This document shows, one piece after another, positions 1 to 9,623 of a DNA stretch of 64,000 nt. Source of the stretch: Hormiphora californensis (taxonomy: Eukaryota; Animalia; Ctenophora). The position numbers and the translations under genes are program-made. Position 1 is the first letter of the stretch. Each line of letters begins with the position of its first letter. The stretch covers positions 930,001 through 994,000 of the forward strand of contig CM035356.1 of NCBI GenBank assembly GCA_020137815.1, read 5' to 3'. Under the pieces are notes generated by a model. It searched no databases. It saw only the letters and a program-made list of their open reading frames with translations, and was not told the origin of the DNA.

Positions 1-587
1 TCACATAGGAAATGCATTACAGGGCAGTAAACGGATTGCGAAGAGGTCTATTGTTTAGGGGCCAATAAGCGTGTGAAATGTACTCATCACACATATCTCT
101 TACAACCCTCACTCTCTTTTCCTTTTCCTTTCCCTTACTCACTACCCCTCTCTTTTTATCCTTTAGCCCTCTCTTATTGCCCCTCTTGGTGACTCGGGAG
201 AGAGTTTTTACGCACGTGGAATTAAAATTGGCGGGAGTGGGAGGGAGTGGTACACCCGGTATACCTAACACTCGCTACCAAACCTTGGGGGTCCAGCCCT
301 AAAAAAGGCCGGCCCATCGGCCAAAATCACGGTTCTGATGGCCTTTTTAGAAACCTCACATTTAAGAAAAACTCCCTCAAAATAAGATAGATAATAGAAT
401 AGAGAGTGTCTTCATTTTGGGATTGCTTATTCTTGTAGTTTCATATTTATAAGTTTCTTATATTATCATGATTATGCGAGCTTTATAAACGAGAGTAAGG
501 TATGCGATTAGTGAGGGTGATAGGGGCGTATAACATTAGTTGCTATTTCCATAATACACCACACGCAGTGGGTCGGTATGTAAACAA

Positions 588-812
<225 letters not shown>

Positions 813-1667
813 TGATTTTAGATTTTGTGTAGAAGGAGTGTAATAAAGTAATCCCAGTAATATGATATTAAGTTTCCACAATCAATCGTCCCAGTTTTTT
901 CACATACGTTGCACACACACATCTCATATTTCCAATTTCCCTCCAAAGCATTCCAAGTTACCCTTCAGAAGGAACATTCTACAGCTGTTAAACACACTCT
1001 TAGATTTCCTTTGACCTTTACACTGTAGCGAATACAAAGTAGAATCAAGACAAGAAAGGACCACGAATTTTACTCTACGTGGGTGCCCTGGGGAGATCCT
1101 TGCCGTAGTAAGGTAACCCTGCTTCCCAAAGTCAGCAAGTGGGTGGAAGTACGGGAGGTACACAACACACACACACTACTTGGTACACCTTGCTAGATGT
1201 CTTAACCCTCCTTTACCCTACTTGTAGAGAGAGGGTCGAACAAGGCAAGGTACTTCGTTCTAGTGCCCCAGATGTTGATGTATGTAGACCTACTCAAATT
1301 CATCTTTCACTTCACATCTTCCCCTCAGCAGTACACAAAAACACTAACAACAACTGAAGACAGGCCTTTAATTTTACATCCCTGTATTACGCATGACAAA
1401 TAACAACTTACAGTTAACGCTTTTTTCCCCTGAAAAAGTGTTTCATAGCGCCACAAAAATATTAAATTTGTATAACAAAATGGTTACATAATACATATGC
1501 ATCATGTTTATGTGGTTGGTCCAATTTAACCATAATAATAGCTTTGGATACGGAACAAATATATGTTTTATATGTTGTAGGGGGTTAAATATATTTATAG
1601 CATCGAGCAGAGAAATATTAAATGCACCAAAATAGATTGACAGCATGAAATGACAAGGGTTCATGTA

Positions 1668-1754
1668 CAGTCAGACTCCGAGATTTACCGGGCTCCGAAA
1701 TACCGGGTAAAACCTTTTCCCCCGACCATATCCCGGTAAATCGGGGTTTGATCG
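1668..1754. mobile_element. Short pogo-like MITE (CAGTCRGACYCCGATTTACCGG family); related copies at ~9312-9386, 12776-12902 and 26749-26825
   Basis: Shared TIR CAGT..GACCCCGATTTACCGG / CCGGTAAATCGGGGTCCGACTG, mostly with TA flanks. Confidence 0.75.
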
Positions 1755-1812
1755 TACCATGATTTCAAACTGTTATTTCTATCATTATCAAATTACTGCT
1801 TTTTCAAATTAC

Positions 1813-2847
1813 CCTCTTTGTTGGGATCCGCTCGGACGTTTTGACACCATTCTGAGAGATGTAGATGTGGACTCTCTTCTTTTTCATTCCTTTCATCTTG
1901 AATTCATGCTGAAAGAAGAAGACTGTCATTAGATGTTTGTGTGTGTGAGGGCAGTGAGTACTGATCACTGAATCACGGTACCCAGCAGGACACTGAATAC
2001 AACCCTGGTTGTGGTCCCCTAATACAACAATACCGGTGATCTTCCCCCTTGCCAAGCATGTTATATACACTTATAGCTAAAGCAAATCTAGACCTAATAG
2101 AGGGCGAATCTAGACCTAATAGAGGGCGAATCTAGACCTAATAGAGGACCTACAGAACATCCAGATGACTTACCCTAATTTGACGCATTGATGTGATAAT
2201 CTCAAGTCTACTACTGGGACGTGGTACCTCCATACTACCAATTAACTGAAAACAGGGGTGTAACTGTTACACTGAAAACAGGGGTGTAACTGTTACACGA
2301 TGTAACATGTAACAAGAGGAAATACATGGGGGTACTGCAGAATAGATGGGGTTGTAGCGTTTTGTGGGAGAGGGGGTGTACCAAACTGTGTGAGAGTCTG
2401 TCACACACTATACTACTACTTGCTCAGTGGGAGAGAGATCTGCAACTATGAAGCAGTATGCATGCTGTAATTTTAAAGACAGGTTGTGAATTACATAGTA
2501 GTAGAACACCTAGTGCAATATATGTGGCCATGCTGTAATAATACCACTATATAATGTGACATAATACCTAGTAGTGTGTAACACTATACTACACAAAGGG
2601 AGGTAGACAGTGACACTTATACTAAGTGACTTAGTGTGACAAAAGACTTAACTTTATATGTGAACTGTATGGACTGTACTGGGCACTTTTATACTGGGGA
2701 CAGTACTGGGGACTGTACTGGGAACTTCAGCTGCAAAGAGTGTTTGAACAGTTTTTGAGTGTGAAGAGTGTGTACTACATAAAACTTTCTCACAATTACA
2801 CAGACAGTAATTGTGCTGAGAGAGAGGACGCTTCACGCTGTACTATG

Positions 2848-2943
<96 letters not shown>

Positions 2944-3784
2944 ATGTGTTTGTTGCATAATGAAGCTTGTATAATAATGTCGAACTGGGCGAACTCTGTC
3001 ACACAATATAGCGACATTATACAAATTACAAACGTAACATGTCCACGTTGCTTAATTTATTGTAACGGTATTTATTGTGTATTAACCCAGGGAGAGGGGG
3101 AATTAAATTGTCTTAGTCAGTAAGTTGGCAAGTCAGTAAGTTGCCATGTACACAATTTAGGGTGTTAATGGTGCAGGTGTGGGTCAAAGAATTCATTTTA
3201 GGGTGTCTAAGTAGGAGCCTCGTTTAAAGCTAGTGTATGTTGTATTGGTAACATGCTAAATCTGGAAAACATATGGTGCAAGATGCCCTCTCTTTCTCTC
3301 CCTTTCTTCCTTTCTCTTTCTCCCTGTCTCTCTCCCTTTCTCACTGTCTCCTTCTCTCCCTCTCTTCTCTTTCTCTCCCTACCTTGACAGCAAAGGAGAT
3401 GCCATGTTGAAAGATATCGTCATTGTGAAGAGGTAATCTGACGTCATAGCCATCCTCAACAACCTCGTACTTGCCCGTTCCTCCTGCCCGGGAGATGTTA
3501 TGTTAATTCACAATTAGGTAAACAAGGTATTGTATGGGAGATATATGAGTGAAAGGGGTCGAGCTAGGCAAACTTTTATATAACTTGAGTAAAATTGGGG
3601 GAGGGGGCACAAAACTTGGTTAACTTCCATTAAATTGTTGAGAAAGTGTGGAACTTCAATTATCAGTTCAATATAATAGAAAAAGCTCTAAGTTGCGGAA
3701 CATGGCTTGAGATATATTCTATTTGTCGGCATTGACGTTTTCCTGTCACCCCAACCTCCTTCCAGAGAGAGGGAGAGGGGGAAG

Positions 3785-3867
<83 letters not shown>

Positions 3868-3931
3868 TGAGAGAGAGGAAGCTGAGAGTGAGAGAGTGAG
3901 AGAGAGAGAGGGGGGAAGAGATAGATAGAGA

Positions 3932-3997
<66 letters not shown>

Positions 3998-4035
3998 GAA
4001 GAGATAGATAGAGAGAGAAAGCTGAGAGAGAGAAA

Positions 4036-4094
<59 letters not shown>

Positions 4095-4406
4095 ACGCTG
4101 AGAGTAGCAAATTCTAAGATTGCTACGCTAGTCACATACAACAGCTTACACGCTCATCAGCGACACACTCTAGGAATTGATTAGAACTGGAGATGCTGAC
4201 CCGAAAAAACAGCTCAGAATTATTTACATTGGTTTTGTCGAGGGTGAGATAGTTTACAAGGAAAGGAAGATCGAGCGAGCAGTGTATACATCTTTCCTTT
4301 TATTAAAGGTGTTACTTGCCTCACCTTCTCTCACCACGCCCCTTGAGGAGAAGGTACGTTACTTACGTCTGAGACGGCGGTTCCTGAATCTTGCTAGTCT
4401 GCTCAT
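1813..4406 (-). CDS. NOS1AP: NOS1AP/CAPON-like PTB-domain adaptor, N-terminal four coding exons (4406-4367, 3483-3383, 2245-2174, 1908-1813); remaining exons not found and probably lie beyond the left edge
   Basis: GT-AG exons join in phase to give MSRLARFRNRRLRRGTGKYEVVEDGYDVRLPLHNDDIFQHGISFAVKLIGSMEVPRPSSRLEIITSMRQIRHEFKMKGMKKKRVHIYISQNGVKTSERIPTKR. This closely resembles the remembered CAPON N-terminus ([67 protein letters not shown]). Confidence 0.88.
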
Positions 4407-4663
4407 GGTGATCTACTGGTGTTGGACAGCGTGTCACTCTTTCTCCAAGCACGGGGGGTTTGAGCGCTGGCTATGACATTTGCAGATCGCCTATAAGATA
4501 TATGTACAGTGATTTACTCAGTATGCTCACATGTTCTCCAGCATGGTCAGTAATACACACGCACCCAATATAAAGGTATCTCTAAAACCAATAAATAAAT
4601 ACAAAACATTATTCAGACAAACAAAAAAAGGGGGCATAGCCACTGGGTCACGGCAGTGAGCCA

Positions 4664-4669
4664 TTTATT
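4664..4669 (-). terminator. Candidate DOHH polyadenylation signal AATAAA
   Basis: AATAAA on the minus strand ~130 nt after the DOHH stop, followed by U/GU-rich sequence. Confidence 0.5.
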
Positions 4670-4724
4670 AAAAACACCGGGGAAAAAAGGGGAAAAAAGG
4701 GGTCGGGTTGATTGAAAGCCCTGG

Positions 4725-4810
4725 TTAACTTCCAATTAACTTCCTATTAACTTCCTATTAACTTCCTATTAACTTCCCACTAACTTCCTATTAACTTCAT
4801 GTTAACTTCC
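4725..4810. repeat. 11-bp tandem repeat (TTAACTTCCTA)n overlapping the DOHH stop codon
   Basis: About 7-8 imperfect units are directly visible. Confidence 0.85.
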
Positions 4811-5698
4811 GTTCCTCAGATTCTGCAGGGTATCTGCATACTGGAACTCATCCTGGTTCATATCCAGTGCAATCTCACAACTCTGTTTAACGATTACATC
4901 CCGATCAGTTAAATGATCACTCAGAATCTTCCTACTCTCTGCACTTTCCAGCGCTCCAAGAGCCTCCGCGCACTCGTGCCTCACCATTGGATCATCATCT
5001 AGATCACGTAGCTTTGCTGCCAGCCCCGGGATGGCGTGAGAGTCAGCCAGTTGCCCCAGGACATATGCAACCTCGTGCCGGAGCAGGGCACTATCAGCAC
5101 AATCCAACCCGGCGACAAGGCCGTCAATTGATTCCGGGGTCCCGATATTTCGTAACGAGAACATGGCACGATATCGGTCAAACAGGCTGTGTGAGGTACT
5201 GGTTAGAATATCCCGTAGTTCTGGTACTGTTTTGTCCTTATTGAAGGCGGGTGCGGGGTCTACAGAGGAGAATGGTGATTCTGTTGTTGTATCTTGGACC
5301 ATCTTGATCCTTTCTACAGCTAACTCACATGTCTCTCTTAGCACTTGACTCTCGTGGGTGAGATAACTTTCTAACAGTGGTAAGGATTTCATAAGTCCGA
5401 TAGCACCAATCGCTTCCCCCGCCTCATGACGTACAATAATTGGCTGATTAGCATCCTCTAGCACTTCAGTCAGTTTAGGAAGAGCACTCTCCTTCTGCAT
5501 TTGACCGAGACAAAATGCCAGCTCGTGTTTTAACAACTCGGATTCATCCCCAAAAACTGCACAAATCTTCTCCACGGCATCGTCCGATCCGATGTTCATG
5601 AGGGTGAATAGAGCTCGAAACCGGGCGGGCAGAGGGGTTTCAGGATTGGCTAACACTGAACCGACCTGTTCGAGCTCCTGGGCTGTTGCAGTGACCAT
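4802..5698 (-). CDS. DOHH: Deoxyhypusine hydroxylase, single coding exon, 298 aa
   Basis: HEAT-repeat protein with RFRALFTL, RYRAMFSLRN, SPFSSVDPAP and four HE iron-binding motifs (LLKHELAF, IVRHEAGEA, LLRHEVAY, MVRHECAEA). Confidence 0.97.
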   Translation of the reverse strand: MVTATAQELEQVGSVLANPETPLPARFRALFTLMNIGSDDAVEKICAVFGDESELLKHELAFCLGQMQKESALPKLTEVLEDANQPIIVRHEAGEAIGAIGLMKSLPLLESYLTHESQVLRETCELAVERIKMVQDTTTESPFSSVDPAPAFNKDKTVPELRDILTSTSHSLFDRYRAMFSLRNIGTPESIDGLVAGLDCADSALLRHEVAYVLGQLADSHAIPGLAAKLRDLDDDPMVRHECAEALGALESAESRKILSDHLTDRDVIVKQSCEIALDMNQDEFQYADTLQNLRNGS

Positions 5699-5810
5699 GC
5701 CTAGACAAGGAGGGAGATTAGGGACGTAATAAGAGATAGAGATGGGAGAGAGGGGAGAGATATAGAGAGAGGGGAGGGAGAGAGGGAAGGAGGGAGAGAG
5801 AGAGAGAGAA
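5699..5810 (-). promoter_or_regulatory. Splice acceptor (cis or trans) 2 nt upstream of the DOHH ATG, with pyrimidine tract and branch-point-like CCCTAAT
   Basis: Minus strand reads a CT-rich tract, then attacgtccctaatctccctccttgtctAG|gcATG. Confidence 0.6.
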
Positions 5811-5886
5811 CAAAGTTATATGACACGGTTAGGTGTAAGTTTTATCTGTTAAAAGAATAATAAGTTAATTTAAAAACGCATACAGA

Positions 5887-6556
5887 TTACAAAATACCCC
5901 ACGCCTCCTCAAAAGCATCACACAGTTTGGTGCAGGTAAGGGCCGCGGACAGAGGATAATTACTAATTCCTATATTTTCCTCCGTATAGTCCACAGTTAA
6001 CAGCACCGTGAGCCTGTGCACCAATCACCATGACAACTGGCTCATCAGTAACTAGTTCCCTGGGTCTCACACACCGGGGAGCATTGAACGTCATGCAGTA
6101 TTTCCGGCAACCAACGGGGAAATAGTCAGATACGGGGTTCTTGATGACTTTCAGGAGTTTGTTAGGACCGTCTGCGGCGTGTATACTGAGCTTGTGTAGA
6201 AGCTGGACCATGAGACCACAAAACCGGTCAAATGTCCGGGGGATCCGGGTGGCTGGATTTACCTCTATCAACACATTTCGTTCTGTGTGGATGTACACTT
6301 GGAGTTTACCCGCTCTATTCAGGGGGCTGTCTAATAACATGAGTAGGCACTGATGGGTGATATCGGGTCGAGCAACACTTTTGGCGTCTTTTGCATTTTT
6401 CTGTTTGTCGGCGGTGAGTAACTTGAACACTTTCCCAACTTTGATCGTCTCAAGTGATGCATTTTCTAGCACAACAATAAGCCGCTTGTCAGAGGACGAT
6501 TTTTTGGCAATTTTCGCGGGTCTTTGAGCTACATCTTCGTCTGAGCTGTCTGCCAT
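5887..6556 (-). CDS. EMG1: EMG1/NEP1 rRNA pseudouridine methyltransferase (SPOUT), 222 aa after correcting a 1-nt insertion near 5999
   Basis: Motifs RPDITHQCLLMLLDSPLNRAGKLQVYIHT, RIPRTFDRFCGLMVQLLHKLSI and VMVIGAQAHG. The conserved C-terminus TVDYTEENIGISNYPLSAALTCTKLCDAFEEAWGIL* continues in the +1 frame to the stop at 5889-5887. Confidence 0.95.
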
Positions 6557-7960
6557 CTTTCTGGTTGAGGTTATTTTCAATTTTGGTTGAAAATTGACGA
6601 TAAAACATACATTTTCCGGCCCTGAAGCCTCTCAAATCACTTCAAAATGTTTTCGGAACGATCGAAAATCCATTAAAAGCTTGGCAAATGCTACAGAAAA
6701 GGAGGCGCTTTTTCAACTCAAAACTTGAAAACACAGAGTAAAAAATTTAAAAATCTCGATTTCTCGATTTGGGAAAATTAAAATGTTGCATGATCGTCCC
6801 GGCACGGCGCCGCTTCATTGCGCGAACGCCAAGTTTTCGCAAATCAACGCTGCATTGGAGCGCGCTTGTCATTTTGAGCTCAGTTTTTTACAGGTCCAAA
6901 AAAATTTTAAACAAGTTGACTCCTTTTCTTTTTTGAGGTGTTGTGCTGTTTGATGTGACTCTTGAAAAGCGCTTATGACTTATCCCGGGGGGCCAGCATT
7001 GTTTGCCAAATGTGACTCCTTCAGGAAAGTTTGGCAAACGCTGCTGGCCCCGATAGCGCAGCGCAGGATAAGGCACTAGGCAGCGCTTTTCAAGGTCCCA
7101 GTTGCAGTATAAATTCGCTTTTGGCAGGCCAAGTCATCCGTTCTGTAAAAAATACTCATGACGCGCTTTCGTGCTGCAGTCCCCCTCATTCAAAGTTCTC
7201 CTTGGTAAATGGCTAGAGTTGAAGCAGTAGAGATAAAGTTCACCAAACGCATTCTTGGAATGAGCGACCCGAGCTACTGGGATCGCTTGTAAAACTGAAC
7301 TTACACTCCTTGCAGCGACGTCGCGAAATCTACTATTTCATCATGGTGTGAAAGATGGCGAATGGAACTGCACCTAACAACATTGCGCTGACTTTCCACA
7401 ATAATATCCGACTTGGAAGGAAGGCTGAGGTTCCAACATCCCCCACCACCACACAAGTGTCTGTCGCTACGAAGTACCATTAATCCTTTGCCTACAGAGC
7501 GGCTCGACTTTGGAATACTCTACCAAGCAATGTGAATATTCTCGACAGAATAACAACTCAATTCTTGACTGGGCACGAATAGCTTCCAAGGAGGGGAAGG
7601 CTCTACGAGGAGCTAACACCTGTGCAGTATCTGTACAAAGAGGACTACAAGTCTAGAGCGATTCCCAGACCAAGGCTGGGACGATAATGCTTCTCGGCAA
7701 CAAGTTCATTTAGGAACATTAAATGTCATTTAAACGATTACAGTGCCTCCGCTGGTTATGCCCGTTACTAAAACATTTGTCGTGGGACCAAGGCGCCGTG
7801 ATAATATTCGGGCAAAGCAATCTCTAAAATTTCACCGGAAAACAAGACTTTTGACGCTCAGTTTGAATAGTCTCTGTCATTCTCAATGTCGCATAGTTAA
7901 GAAGTAATTAAATATTGATAATACTAAGCAATTAAATGTATTAAATTAAACCCCTGCTGT
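6557..7960. promoter_or_regulatory. Divergent EMG1/LARP1 intergenic region, probable bidirectional promoter
   Basis: Head-to-head gene arrangement with a CpG-rich patch at ~6795-6870. No TSS evidence is available. Confidence 0.45.
7210..7560 (+). mobile_element. Decayed 3' fragment of a CR1/L2-group LINE ORF2
   Basis: With stops and a frameshift it translates as RVEAVEIKFTKRILGMSDPSYWDRL..LNLHSLQRRREIY...SFAYRAARLWNTLPSNV, typical of the CR1/L2 post-RT C-terminus. Confidence 0.8.
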
Positions 7961-8001
7961 CATAGATCGATGGTAGTAACACCGTTGTCGCGTGTGTCAC
8001 C

Positions 8002-9103
8002 ATGTTAAGTGCAAAGATACCAGATGTAGATCAACGAGCCGCGGCTGATGGTTCCTGCAAATCAGCCTACATAGGTAAGAAGTGGTGAGAAAGGATGAAA
8101 TTATTATGATGGTATGTGGGTCGTTTATTGTGTTATATCGTTAAGATCTTAGCGATTCTAACTTACCGTTTTAATTACAGCGTCTTCCAAGCAAGATAAG
8201 CCAAATGCCTGGGCTAAACCTCTCATTCCTAGTGCCACTCCTTCGGCGAAACAACCAACTGAGGTATGATGTAGTACCAATACTGCTTTACCGCCCGGAA
8301 TCTTGTCAAAACAGATCACGTCTATCTTTCCGTATCTCTCCCTTCTCTCTCCCACATCTCCATCTCCCCTTCTCTTTATCTCTACATCTCCCACCCAGGA
8401 ACCAGCTCAGAACGGTGCAAAAGAAGCAACAACAGTACCAGTAAACGGCGTTGCTAAGCAACCCCAACCTGCAGCAGCCCGTCCTGCTAAAGCCTCCCCT
8501 AAAACTGTAACTATTGTCGATCCTCTACCAACAAAACACAATGGAAATGGTGGTAATGGATCCAATAACTCATCCGTCAACCCGTGGAAGACACCAACTA
8601 CTGTCGTCAAGGTTGATCAAACTAACTCTGACGTTTTGGATAAAGAAACTTGGCCGACACTTGATCAGCCAGCAATCGCTAAGGTAAGCAGTCGAAGGAT
8701 GATCAAGCTTTAGATACAATGTTATTATGTTACTAAACCATGAAAATTACCAGTTTCTATGTATGTAGTTTCAATTATTATATAGTTTGTAACGTTGTTT
8801 TCATGTACAGTAGAGTTCCGTTACGGCGGAAGAGTGCTTTATCGCGACAGGTGTCGGAGAGCTAGTTACACAAAGGAAAAACTACCGTTTAGTATAGCAG
8901 TAAACAAATGTTTCAGAAGAAACTTCTTCTGAAACATGTGTTTACTGTTATACTAAACGGTAGTTTTTCCTTTGTGTACGTTGTTTTCATCACAGTTATT
9001 CTTCATGACTGATATTGGCGAACAATTGTTTTGTTCTATTTTGCGTGCGTACATGTGTGCGTGTTCCTCTTTATTCCTTCTCTCTTCTTTCACTTTCTCT
9101 CTC

Positions 9104-9140
<37 letters not shown>

Positions 9141-9554
9141 TCATCTCTCTCATGCACGGCTCTACTAATGGCCATCTGGTATATCATATACAACAACGGT
9201 TTTTTTTAAAATGACCGCTGTTGTGATTGGGTTTGATTTCGTGTGGGATTTTAAACTCTCTCTCACCACGATTTACCGGGAGGATAAACTTCCCTCCGAT
9301 ATAGAGATTGACAGTATTTGACCCCGATTTACGAGGCAAAACCCTTCCCACTGCAGCGAGCATCCCGGTAAATCAGGGTCCGACTGTACGTGTACCTTTC
9401 AAATGTAACCTTTTTTTCTGCCAACAATTTCTCTCTCTAATTTCCTTTCTCTTTCACTCTCGTTCTCTCACTTCATATTTTACTCTCTTTCTTTCTCTTA
9501 TTTCTATCTCTACCTCTCGTTATATTCCTTCTCACTCTCTCTCTCTCTCTCACA

Positions 9555-9623
<69 letters not shown>

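Noticed and set aside
4177-4476. Plus-strand 99-aa ORF
   Set aside because: It is the antisense shadow of NOS1AP exon 1, has a non-ATG start and shows no recognisable homology.
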